From contig DATFXM010000194.1 of the NCBI GenBank assembly GCA_035315885.1, positions 172,825 through 236,824 on the forward strand: 64,000 bases of DNA, read 5' to 3'. Each line of letters opens with the position of its first letter. The first letter of the stretch is position 1. This DNA is from Blastocatellia bacterium. GTDB taxonomy: Bacteria > Acidobacteriota > Blastocatellia > UBA7656. Below the pieces are notes generated by a model. It did not search any database. It had not been told where the DNA came from and saw only the letters and a program-made list of their open reading frames with translations. This document shows, one piece after another, positions 1 through 8,770 of this stretch. A program made the translations under genes and the position numbers.

Positions 1-1273
1 CATCCTTTACGACTCGAGCCGTCTTGGCTTGTAGCCCAATAAGCCTTCGGATCGCGTCAGTAGTTCTAACTCTTGCGCGCGCCTCGAGGTACCGTCCCAG
101 CAGGATCAGCGTGATGATCACCGCAGCGGCCTCGAAGTAGACCGGCGGACCCTCGACCCGGTGGCCCATCGCCGCGTGCGAAGCGCTTACGAAGAATCCT
201 GGAAAGAAGGTTGCTGCGGTGGAATAGACGTAGGCCGCTCCGGTGCCCAGAGCGATCAGTGTAAACATGTCAGCGAAGCCATGCTTCAGCGCCGCCCACG
301 CTCGCTTGTAGAATTGCGCACCGCAGTACAGGACTACGGGAGTAGTCAAAAACAGTTGCAGCCAATTCACTCCAGGAAAATCCAGTGCATCTATTCGGCC
401 GTGAGACATGCTGATTACTACGACGGGAAGCGACATGATCGCGGCGACTATGAACTTGCGCTTTTGCTCCTGGACTTCGGCTTCGGATGCCGCTCCGTGT
501 TCGTGCCCGCCGTGTCCGGAGTCGCCATGCTCGTGACCGCCATGCCCCTGAATGCCGTGGGCTTCGAGATGATCGTGATCGCTCGTCCTGGCGATCAGGT
601 CTTCCGCGCCTCGAACGTCGTAACCAACATCTCGGACAGCTTTGACCAGCCGGGGCACTCCAGTCGTACTCGAGTCGTAATAGACCGTCGCCCGGCCGGT
701 CGCAAAGTTGACACCTGCCTGAAGTACACCAGGAGTAGAGCTGAGCTTCTGTTCTATGTGATGGGCGCACGCAGCGCAGGTCATCCCGCTTATTGGAAGA
801 TCTATCCGCTGTCTGGCAGAGGTGATGTGTTGGTCGTGATCTTTGGAGATCTCGGCTGGTGAAGATTCGATGACAGGAGCTGAATTCTTATCGTCGGGCC
901 GGCCAGTCTCGAGAACGGGGAGGAGCGCGATTCGCGAGGTTTGAGTTGAATGCGAATCATCCGAGTCGAAAAGGTCCGCAGCGTTGTCTTGATCAGCAGT
1001 CTCCTGATCGCCGGTGTCTTGACTGTCTGGCGGCTCGGCAGAATCACCCGCTGCACGGGATTCTTTCGGTAGGGTTTCACTTGCTGATTTAGAGTCAGCG
1101 GGTGAGTCGTTCTCCTGGGCCGTTGGGAGGAACCGCTCAGGATCAGATTCGAAGCGGTGTTTACAGATGGTGGAGCAAAAATAGTAGATTCGGCCACCGT
1201 GCCAGCTTATATCAGGAGCGGAGCCGGGATCGATTTCCATTCGGCAAACCGGATCAAAGAATGTGGCACTCAT
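1..1273 (-). CDS. copA: Copper-translocating P-type ATPase, N-terminal part. It starts at the ATG at 1273 and runs off the window's 5' edge.
   Basis: I translated the reverse complement by hand with no stops to position 1. The N-terminus is MSATFFDPVCRMEIDPGSAPDISWHGGRIYYFCSTICKHRFESDPERF (YHS/TRASH-type Cu domain). An ~100-aa D/E/S-rich linker follows, then an HMA motif (GMTCAACAHHIEQKL, VNFATGRATVYYD), then a His-rich tract (HGIQGHGGHEHGDSGHGGHEHG), then the first TM helices (IVAAIMSLPVVVIS). The track ORFs 161..862(+) and 802..1197(-) lie in other frames of this gene. Confidence 0.85.
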   Translation of the reverse strand, partial: MSATFFDPVCRMEIDPGSAPDISWHGGRIYYFCSTICKHRFESDPERFLPTAQENDSPADSKSASETLPKESRAAGDSAEPPDSQDTGDQETADQDNAADLFDSDDSHSTQTSRIALLPVLETGRPDDKNSAPVIESSPAEISKDHDQHITSARQRIDLPISGMTCAACAHHIEQKLSSTPGVLQAGVNFATGRATVYYDSSTTGVPRLVKAVRDVGYDVRGAEDLIARTSDHDHLEAHGIQGHGGHEHGDSGHGGHEHGAASEAEVQEQKRKFIVAAIMSLPVVVISMSHGRIDALDFPGVNWLQLFLTTPVVLYCGAQFYKRAWAALKHGFADMFTLIALGTGAAYVYSTAATFFPGFFVSASHAAMGHRVEGPPVYFEAAAVIITLILLGRYLEARARVRTTDAIRRLIGLQAKTARVVKD

Positions 1274-1295
1274 AGGTAGATTTTAAACCCCGTTG

Positions 1296-1496
1296 TGGAC
1301 TACTGGAAGTTCTGAGTTCTGAGTTCTGAGCAGAAGGCAGTAGGACGGTTTAGGGTTTAGGGTTTCCGGTTCGTTTGATTCAATAGTCTTTCGTCGAGCA
1401 TTGCTCGCCATCCGAGTCTCTATCTGACGAACCCTAAACCCGAAACCCTAAACCCGAAACCTGCCTACTGCCTACTACACAAACTTCCCTGTGGTA
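1296..1496. repeat. Composite palindromic intergenic element in the divergent copA/thiO region.
   Basis: Left arm: ggaagttctgagttctgagttctgag-cagaaggcagtagg-ggtttagggtttagggtttccggttc. Right arm: gaaccctaaacccgaaaccctaaacccgaaacc-tgcctactgcctact-aacttcc. The arms are reverse complements around a ~55-bp centre. Confidence 0.8.
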
Positions 1497-1506
1497 CGAT
1501 TATCTG

Positions 1507-2622
1507 ATGCCGCAACAAGAGATCGTAGTGATTGGTGGTGGGATTATTGGCTGCTCAATCGCTCTGCGGCTCGCTAAACTCGGCGCGAGCGTCACCCTTC
1601 TCGAGAAAGACCGCATCGGACGCGAGGCATCGTGGGCAGCGGCGGGAATGCTCGGCCCGCATTCGGAAGCGTCCGGCCCCGACCCCTTTTTCGATCTGTG
1701 TATTCGCAGCCGGGACCTGTACGCCGGCTTCGCCGCCGAGTTGCGGGAAGACTCCGGCGTCGATGCCGGGTATCGAAATGATGGCGGATTCTTTGTCGCG
1801 CTGGAGCCGCACGAATCGCTCGATGCCGCCCGATGGTCGGGCTGGCAAATTGATTCGGGCCTCGAGCTGCAGCAGGTGTCTTCATCCGATCTGCGATCGC
1901 ACGAACCGGAGATCAGCGATCAAATACATTCTGCGATCTCCATCCCCGGCGATCATCAAGTGGACAATCGCCTGCTGATGACTGCTCTTGAAATCGCGAT
2001 TCTAAGAGCCGGCGTGAAGGTCGTACGCCACTGCGAGGTTGCGTCGCTGGAGCTGAAGAACAACCGCGTTAGCGCGGTGTTGTCACACGACGCACGCTTT
2101 GATTGCGAAGCGGTAGTTCATGCAGCCGGTTGCTGGTCGTCCGTTCTCTTAAAGCAAATCGGTTTAGCGATCGACGTAGTGCCGGCTCACGGCCAGATGT
2201 TGTCGGTGAGGGGTCCGCATTTGAATCACGTCGTGCATTCCAATGACTGTTACCTTGTGCCGCGCGCCGACGGAAGGCTTCTGATAGGCGCCACCGTCGA
2301 GTACCAGGGCTTTAGAAAAACAGTCACTGCTGGAGCGATTCATTCTCTCCTTACTTCTGCGATGCGTCTGGTTCCTTCGATTCAGAACGCCCAATTGGTC
2401 GAGTGGTGGTCGGGGTTGAGGCCCGATACAAGGGATCATCAGCCGCTGCTCGGACCCGCCGGCCCGGACGGTCTGTTCCTGGCAACTGGCCATTTTCGAA
2501 ACGGGATCCTGCTGGCTCCAATTACTGCCGAACTGATTTCCAGTGCGATAATGTCCGGCAAGCCTGCCTCCGATCTCGGACCGTTTCGAGCTGACAGATT
2601 CCTGGTGAAACGCGCCGGATGA
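1507..2622 (+). CDS. thiO: FAD-dependent glycine oxidase / D-amino-acid-oxidase family protein (ThiO-like).
   Basis: N-terminal Rossmann motif IVVIGGGIIGCSIALRLAKLGASVTLLEKD. ASWAAAGML motif. Length of 371 aa is typical of ThiO/DAO-family enzymes. Confidence 0.7.
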   Translation: MPQQEIVVIGGGIIGCSIALRLAKLGASVTLLEKDRIGREASWAAAGMLGPHSEASGPDPFFDLCIRSRDLYAGFAAELREDSGVDAGYRNDGGFFVALEPHESLDAARWSGWQIDSGLELQQVSSSDLRSHEPEISDQIHSAISIPGDHQVDNRLLMTALEIAILRAGVKVVRHCEVASLELKNNRVSAVLSHDARFDCEAVVHAAGCWSSVLLKQIGLAIDVVPAHGQMLSVRGPHLNHVVHSNDCYLVPRADGRLLIGATVEYQGFRKTVTAGAIHSLLTSAMRLVPSIQNAQLVEWWSGLRPDTRDHQPLLGPAGPDGLFLATGHFRNGILLAPITAELISSAIMSGKPASDLGPFRADRFLVKRAG

Positions 2623-2661
2623 TGAAATAATCGCCGCTCCCGTAGTCCTCCTTGAACGAGA

Positions 2662-3741
2662 GTGAACCCAACTGCCGCTTCAACAGTCACCGGGAAGCCG
2701 GTTCGAGCCACGGTGATCGTGGTGAGTTACAACTCACCTGACAAACTGCTGGCCTGCCTCGGATCCGTTACTGGTTCTCTTCCAGCCGATTGTGAACTCC
2801 TGGTCATCGACAACGCATCACCCGAGAACAATGCAGACGCGGTTGCTGCTGCTTTTCCCTCGGTGAGACTGTTGCGTTCGCCGGAAAACCTCGGGTTCGC
2901 CGGCGGAGCAAACGAGGCGGTGAAAGCGTCGCGTGGAGAGTTTATCGTTTTGCTTAACCCCGACACGACGGTGCGGGAAGGTTGGCTTGATCAGTTGATT
3001 GCTCCGCTTGTCGCATCGGACCACATCGGAATGACCACCTCGCGGATTTTGCTCGCCGCCCGACCTCAATTGTTCAACGCATCCGGGTGCGAGATTCATC
3101 TGAGTGGAATATCGCTCTGCAGAGGTCTTGGGAGGAATCACCGCGAGTTCGATCCACCACGCAACGTAGCCGCAGTCTCGGGCGCCGCGTTCGCCATTCG
3201 CAGAGAAGTATTTGACCTGCTGGGTGGGCTCGACTCCGACATGTTCCTGTACCTGGAGGATATCGACCTATCGATGCGAGCCAGACTGGCAGGGTTCGGG
3301 ATCGAATACGCACCCGGGAGCGTGGTGCTGCATGACTACGAGTTGCGAATAACCCCGTTGAAGGTGTTCTGGCAGGAGCGCAATCGTTATCAGATGCTGC
3401 TCAAGAACCTGAGCTGGCCGACGTTGCTTGTGCTGCTCCCCACGCTCTTCCTGGCAGAAGTCATAACCTGGGGATTCGTAGTGCTGAAAGACCGCAAGAA
3501 CATAACCAACAAGCTGAATGCGTATCGCTGGGTTTTCGAGAACTGGGGAAAGATCATGAGCAAGCGGCGCCAGGTGCAGTCGCTCAGGAGGGCTTACGAC
3601 CGCGACATACTGTTGAGCACCAGCTATCGCCTGGAGTTTGAGCAAGCCGCCACCGGGGCACTACCGATTGCAACCGGAGCAATACTGAATCCGATATTCT
3701 TTCTGCTGCGAGCGATCGCGCTTGCACTTGTGTGGTGGTAA
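2662..3741 (+). CDS. Family 2 glycosyltransferase.
   Basis: VIVVSYNSPDKLLACLGSV, LLVIDNASPENN, and a DxD-like motif (LYLEDIDLSMR). The C-terminus carries TM helices, typical of rhamnosyl/GT2 enzymes. Confidence 0.75.
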   Translation: MNPTAASTVTGKPVRATVIVVSYNSPDKLLACLGSVTGSLPADCELLVIDNASPENNADAVAAAFPSVRLLRSPENLGFAGGANEAVKASRGEFIVLLNPDTTVREGWLDQLIAPLVASDHIGMTTSRILLAARPQLFNASGCEIHLSGISLCRGLGRNHREFDPPRNVAAVSGAAFAIRREVFDLLGGLDSDMFLYLEDIDLSMRARLAGFGIEYAPGSVVLHDYELRITPLKVFWQERNRYQMLLKNLSWPTLLVLLPTLFLAEVITWGFVVLKDRKNITNKLNAYRWVFENWGKIMSKRRQVQSLRRAYDRDILLSTSYRLEFEQAATGALPIATGAILNPIFFLLRAIALALVWW

Positions 3742-3795
3742 CGATTTATTGCCGTCCCCGGAGGGCGCCACCAATCGAACTCAGTTTCACACAAG

Positions 3796-3902
3796 GCCGC
3801 AAAGCGTCGCAAGGAACGCAAAGCGCGGAATCCCTGCGGGCTTTGCGGCTTTGCGTGAGACCCAACTCATGTAGCAACGCAACCCCTACAGGGTTGCGTT
3901 AC
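3796..3902 (+). terminator. GC-rich stem-loops downstream of the GT2 gene. This is terminator-like but has no U-tract.
   Basis: A perfect 10-bp stem aacgcaaccc/gggttgcgtt with a 5-nt loop at 3876-3900. A preceding cgcaaagc...gctttgcg hairpin. Confidence 0.3.
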
Positions 3903-4039
3903 CATACCAATCGCGCGTAGTGGTGACAAACGCCAAATCAAAAGCTCTCTTGTGATATCGCGAGTGTGCTAGCAGAATATAGGTTCAATTTTTCGGCGGC
4001 CTCACACGCATTTTTCACTGTCATTCAGAATCAATGTAG

Positions 4040-6205
4040 ATGGAATCGCAGGCGTTGCAAAACAAGTCAAAGCCTTCTGCACGAATCAGGCTGATATTCG
4101 CCGCCGGATTTGTCGTGCTGAGCACGCTACTGGTCTTTCCGTTTTTTTATTCAAAGACGGAAGTGATCTCCGGCCGTCGCGTGTACAAGATGCTCGGGAC
4201 TCACGATCTGCTGACTCACGTAAAAATGATGCAGCAATTCGAACTCTCGTTGAGCGCCGGTATCATAGAACCGAGGTGGTTTTCCGAAGTCAACAACGGC
4301 TACGGCTCCGCGACTTTCAACTACTACCCAAGACTGTTCTACTACGTGACAACGCTCGTTAATATTCCCTTCCATGACTGGCACACAACTCTGTTGATCC
4401 TGTCGATCGTTTGTCTCGCGGCATCGGGCGGTTCGATGTACTGGATGGCGCGAATGTTTTACAGCCGGCCCGCCAGTGTAATTGCCGCATTGCTCTACGT
4501 GTTGTTGCCGTATCATCTGCTGGACCTGTATTGGAGAGGCGCTCTGACCGAGTATGCGGGGTTCATTCTTCTTCCGCTAATTCTTCGCTTCGCAATAAAG
4601 GTTGGAACAGAACCGCGAACTCTCAATTTTGCGGGGCTCGGTCTTTTTTACGGCATACATCTTATGACTCACATGCCCGTAGCGTTGATGTTCAGCTACG
4701 GCATGGTCTTCTTCGCGATAATCTGGGCTGCGCAGAAACGTGACATCAGAATTCTGTTTCGGATCGGCGCTGGAATGGCTGTCGGAGTGCTCTTGAGCGC
4801 TACCTACTGGCTGCCCGCAGTGCTTGAGACATCGCTCGTATACGAGTGGGCGAGCCTCATGTTTCCTTATCACAGCGTGTACATCACGCCACTTGAAGGC
4901 GCGAACGCTTTCGACACTCTCATCATCCTGACCTTCAAGTACAACCTCGTGCTGGTGATCGTTGCCGCGCTTGCTTTGAAGTACCGCCGCCGTGACGATC
5001 AAGAGCAAGACAAAGGGTTTTCGTGGGATCGAATGTGGGTAATCATGGCGGGATTTGCGCTTTTTATGTGCAACGCGTTGTCGTATGACATCTCGAGACT
5101 CCTGCCGAAAATCCAGGCCGCTGTACCTCCATTTCGCTGGCTTGCCATCGCAGCTCTTTTCAGCGCCCTGCTTGTCGCCGCGGTTGTCGAACGCTGGCGC
5201 GCAGCCGAGTTGCGGTTGTTGGCCCGCGTAGCCCTGGTAGTCATTCTGGCCCTCAACGTCTGGCTTGCGGTATCCAAGTCGCTTCTCTCGTCGCTGGTCA
5301 ACGGACCGATGCCTGCTTCCGATATCTACCTCGACGCCGGATTCATTCCCGCAGGAGCGGCTCAACCTGGAGCGTTGCGCGATTCACCGCGAATCGAGCT
5401 TCAACCGGAGGGCGGCCTTGCCGAAACCACTCGCTGGGATCCAGAAAACCGGGAGATACGACTCAAGACGGATCAGCCCGCTACCGTCCGAATCAAAACC
5501 TACAACTTCCCGGGCTGGAAGGCTTCTATCGATGGCAAACCGACGACAATCTCGAGCGATAACGACGGAGTGCAAACCATCAGCGTCGAACCCGGCACGC
5601 ACGTAATTGACACTGCGTTCAAAAACACTCGGACTCGTACCGCTGCGCAGTTAGTCAGCCTGTTCGGCCTGTCCTCGCTTGTTGGGCTGGCGATATACGG
5701 TCGCCGTCGCGTCGCGGCAGATCAGCAGGAACCTAAGCTCAAGCGCGAAACCGCACACGCGACCGCAGGCGCAATGCGTTTGCTTGGTAATCGCAGAATC
5801 GCGGTGGCCGTCGTCGCCGCGATTGTAGCTGCAGGTGTAGCAATCGCCCTCGCTTTTGCCAGACCGGGTCACGACAAATCAAATAGTGGTTCGAGAGCGC
5901 CGGCGGGCGGCAGCGCGTCGCCTTCGGGATTGCCGGCGGATTCGGATGCTTCGCTCTTCATCCCGAACGCTTCAACTATCTCGGTCGCGGTAGATCCAGA
6001 GTCGCTCGATCAATTAGTGGAATCTCTGGCGCGTCACGACGCGGATAGAATCGATGAGCTCAGTCATTCGGGCAAGGTTCTCGTCGTGGAGAATCGAACC
6101 CGGGTTCGCGTGTTGGAGCGAAGCGCCGGCAAGGTAAAGGTGCGGTTGTCCGAGGGGAGATACCAGTGGGCCGAAGGGTGGGTGCCCGACCCCTGGGTTC
6201 GATGA
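4040..6205 (+). CDS. Large polytopic membrane protein with a C-terminal soluble domain. It is possibly a GT-C-fold (YfhO/ArnT-like) glycosyltransferase.
   Basis: There are more than 10 predicted TM helices across the first ~420 aa. A long Ala-rich helix and a ~120-aa soluble C-terminal domain follow. It sits between GT2 and sugar-modifying genes. The family assignment is uncertain. Confidence 0.6.
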   Translation: MESQALQNKSKPSARIRLIFAAGFVVLSTLLVFPFFYSKTEVISGRRVYKMLGTHDLLTHVKMMQQFELSLSAGIIEPRWFSEVNNGYGSATFNYYPRLFYYVTTLVNIPFHDWHTTLLILSIVCLAASGGSMYWMARMFYSRPASVIAALLYVLLPYHLLDLYWRGALTEYAGFILLPLILRFAIKVGTEPRTLNFAGLGLFYGIHLMTHMPVALMFSYGMVFFAIIWAAQKRDIRILFRIGAGMAVGVLLSATYWLPAVLETSLVYEWASLMFPYHSVYITPLEGANAFDTLIILTFKYNLVLVIVAALALKYRRRDDQEQDKGFSWDRMWVIMAGFALFMCNALSYDISRLLPKIQAAVPPFRWLAIAALFSALLVAAVVERWRAAELRLLARVALVVILALNVWLAVSKSLLSSLVNGPMPASDIYLDAGFIPAGAAQPGALRDSPRIELQPEGGLAETTRWDPENREIRLKTDQPATVRIKTYNFPGWKASIDGKPTTISSDNDGVQTISVEPGTHVIDTAFKNTRTRTAAQLVSLFGLSSLVGLAIYGRRRVAADQQEPKLKRETAHATAGAMRLLGNRRIAVAVVAAIVAAGVAIALAFARPGHDKSNSGSRAPAGGSASPSGLPADSDASLFIPNASTISVAVDPESLDQLVESLARHDADRIDELSHSGKVLVVENRTRVRVLERSAGKVKVRLSEGRYQWAEGWVPDPWVR

Positions 6206-6684
6206 GTTCAATGCCGATATCTTCAGACGTCAAACTCGGGAAGGCGGTAAAGATTTTTCAGCCGGATCTGGTCAATCTCTACGGCTGCAGCATCGGGGAC
6301 GAGACGAAGATCGGAGCATTCGTCGAAGTTCAAAAGAACTCGAACATTGGTGCGCGCTGCAAGATTTCATCGCATACCTTCATCTGCGAAGGTGTGACGA
6401 TCGAAGACGAAGTGTTTGTCGGGCACGGGGTGGTCTTTACTAACGACATCTATCCGAGGGCTACAAACGAAGACGGTAATCTCAAGACCGCCGAAGATTG
6501 GGCGGTTGTGCAGACTTTGATCAAACGGCGGGCTTCCATCGGAAGCAACGCGACGATTCTTGCCGGGATTACTATCGGAGAGAACTCGATGGTCGCTGCC
6601 GGTGCGGTGGTCACGCGCGACGTTCCGCCCAACGCAGTTGTCGCAGGGGTTCCAGCCAAAGTAATTGGAGATGCCAAAAAATAA
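6202..6684 (+). CDS. Hexapeptide-repeat (left-handed beta-helix) sugar N-acetyltransferase, WbpD/WlbB-like.
   Basis: Start chosen at ATG 6202, which overlaps the upstream stop as ATGA. Hexapeptide repeats appear in IGDETKIGAFVEV, IGARCKISSHTFI, IEDEVFVGHGVVF, IGSNATILAGITIGENSMVAAGAVV. Confidence 0.75.
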   Translation: MSSMPISSDVKLGKAVKIFQPDLVNLYGCSIGDETKIGAFVEVQKNSNIGARCKISSHTFICEGVTIEDEVFVGHGVVFTNDIYPRATNEDGNLKTAEDWAVVQTLIKRRASIGSNATILAGITIGENSMVAAGAVVTRDVPPNAVVAGVPAKVIGDAKK

Positions 6685-6730
6685 CGCGGCCGCGTGACGA
6701 AGAGCGTAACGACCAGGGTACGATTTACAT

Positions 6731-7756
6731 ATGATCAACGTTGGAGTAATCGGATACGGCTACTGGGGGCCGAATCTCGTACGCAATTTCATGGAAGCTT
6801 CCGGCTCAACAGTCGCTTACATAAGCGATCGGCGAGCTGAATGCCTGGCTGCAGTGCGACGCCGATACCCCTCGCCGAAAACCACTCTCGACCCTTTTGA
6901 CTTGATCGGCGATTCATCAGTTGATGCGGTCGCAATCGCCACCCCGGTGGCTACGCACTTTGAGCTCGCGCTGAGGGCTTTGAAGGCCGGCAAGCACGTC
7001 CTCGTGGAAAAGCCCCTCGCAGCAACCTCTGAACAGTGCGCAACGTTGATCGAAGAGGCTTCTCGAAAAAATCTGGTGTTGATGGTAGATCATACTTTTG
7101 TCTACACCGGCGCGGTGAGAAAAATCCGCGAGCTGGTTACGAGTCGAGTTCTTGGGGACATCTACTACTATGATTCGGTACGGGTAAATCTCGGGCTCTT
7201 CCAGCACGACGTGAACGTGATTTGGGACCTTGCGGTGCACGATCTTTCGATCCTGGATTTCGTGCTCGATGGCAAGCCGGTAGCGGTATCGGCGACGGCG
7301 ATCAACAACATCGCCGGTCAGCCGGAGAACGTCGCGTATATCACGCTCTTCTTTTCGGGAAACGAAATCGGTCACATTCACGTGAATTGGCTTGCGCCGG
7401 TCAAAGTCCGGCGTACGCTGATCGGCGGGAGTGAGAAAATGATCGTGTACGACGACATCGAGCCCAGCGAGAAACTGAAGATGTACGACAAAGGGATCAG
7501 GATCGAACCTCAGCGCGAAGAGCTGTACGAGCTCTTAGTGAGTTACAGATCGGGCGATATGTGGGCGCCAAAGCTGGACACCACCGAAGCGCTTCGCACC
7601 GAAGCCCTGCATTTCATCGAATGCATCGAACGCGGCAAACGTCCGCTAACGGATGGCGAGTCCGGTCTGCGCATCGTCAGATTGCTCGAAGCCGCTGAAA
7701 AGTCGGCGGCGGGTCGCGGAGCCCTCGTCGAACTCGCGAGGCGATGCGCGTCGTGA
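6731..7756 (+). CDS. Gfo/Idh/MocA-family NAD-dependent UDP-sugar dehydrogenase (WbpB/WlbA-like).
   Basis: N-terminal INVGVIGYGYWGPNLVRNF Rossmann motif. EKPLA motif. C-terminal pattern typical of UDP-GlcNAc(A) 3-dehydrogenases. Confidence 0.75.
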   Translation: MINVGVIGYGYWGPNLVRNFMEASGSTVAYISDRRAECLAAVRRRYPSPKTTLDPFDLIGDSSVDAVAIATPVATHFELALRALKAGKHVLVEKPLAATSEQCATLIEEASRKNLVLMVDHTFVYTGAVRKIRELVTSRVLGDIYYYDSVRVNLGLFQHDVNVIWDLAVHDLSILDFVLDGKPVAVSATAINNIAGQPENVAYITLFFSGNEIGHIHVNWLAPVKVRRTLIGGSEKMIVYDDIEPSEKLKMYDKGIRIEPQREELYELLVSYRSGDMWAPKLDTTEALRTEALHFIECIERGKRPLTDGESGLRIVRLLEAAEKSAAGRGALVELARRCAS

Positions 7757-8562
7757 CTCGCAACCCGACCAACAGGTCGACTCACATCCAAAGTCCAGAC
7801 AAAGCCCACTCGCAGTCCGTTCAGCCGGTTGCCGACGCTCGTCTCGAGCGAAGCGGCTTACCCAGCGTGTCGGTGTGCTTTCCAGCTTACAACGAGGAAG
7901 CGACCATCGAAGATGTTCTGCTGGAAGCCGGAGAGTTGCTGTCGGGCTCAGGACTCGACTTTGAGATACTGGTCTGCGACGACGCCTCGAAAGACAGCAC
8001 TCTCAACATAGCTCGCCGCGTGCAGCAACAATTCCCGATGCGCGTGTTCGTGCACGAACGAAATATGGGCATCCGCGCAACCTTCGAACATCTCTATGCG
8101 AATGCGACCAAGGAATTTGTCTTCTTGAACTCAACGGACCGTCAGTGGGATACGTCCGTGCTGTTTCAGATGCTGCCGATGACCGCACAGTTCGACGTGA
8201 TAATCGCATCGCGCCTGGACAAGAACTATGGACCAGCCCGCGGACTGGTATCGTGGGCATTCAATGCTATTCCACGAGTGCTCTTCGGAACGAGGACCTA
8301 TGACGCAGGTGCGGTCAAGCTGGTCAAACGAGAGATCATTCAAAGGTGCGAAATCGTTTCGAAGTCTCCATTCTCCGAAGCCGAACGTCTAATTCGAGCT
8401 GCGCGCGCCGGCTATCGCATAGCGGAACATCCGGTGGTCACGAGGCCGAGGGAAAGTGGAAAAGCGAAGGGGGTCAATGCGGGCGTGGTGTTTCGAGCAT
8501 TGGTAGACGTCGTGCTTGTATGGTTCTCTCTTCGCAAATGGAAACTTCGAGGAGATAGTTAG
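7744..8562 (+). CDS. GT2 polyprenyl-phosphate sugar synthase-like glycosyltransferase (Dpm1/ArnC-like).
   Basis: VSVCFPAYNEEATIEDVL and ILVCDDASKDST motifs. The enzyme is short and soluble with a C-terminal amphipathic tail. The true start may lie downstream of 7744. Confidence 0.65.
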   Translation: MRVVTRNPTNRSTHIQSPDKAHSQSVQPVADARLERSGLPSVSVCFPAYNEEATIEDVLLEAGELLSGSGLDFEILVCDDASKDSTLNIARRVQQQFPMRVFVHERNMGIRATFEHLYANATKEFVFLNSTDRQWDTSVLFQMLPMTAQFDVIIASRLDKNYGPARGLVSWAFNAIPRVLFGTRTYDAGAVKLVKREIIQRCEIVSKSPFSEAERLIRAARAGYRIAEHPVVTRPRESGKAKGVNAGVVFRALVDVVLVWFSLRKWKLRGDS

Positions 8563-8770
8563 CCGGCAGTGCCTGGGTTTGCCAATCTTTGCGGTCCTGG
8601 CGTGAAAGCCGACTCACCTCATCGCGCATAGCGGGGCAGCGCGAAGACATTTAGTCGCTTGCAATCAAATTAAGACGCCGCCCGAACCCACCTCAGTTTG
8701 ACACAACAATCCTCGCACGTTAGCATTTTCGTCATTCTTTAGGCCGGCCATTCTTGCAACACGATTATCG

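Noticed and set aside
161-862. Track ORFs 161..862(+), 270..770(-) and 802..1197(-).
   Set aside because: All lie within, or opposite to, the continuous copA reading frame that I verified by hand. They are alternative-frame artefacts typical of GC-rich DNA.
1340-1480. ggtttagggtttaggg / ccctaaaccctaaa, which resembles the plant telomeric repeat (TTTAGGG)n.
   Set aside because: There are only 2-3 copies. They are embedded in a prokaryotic palindromic element flanked by bacterial genes, and the same architecture is used with many other heptamers. It is not eukaryotic contamination.
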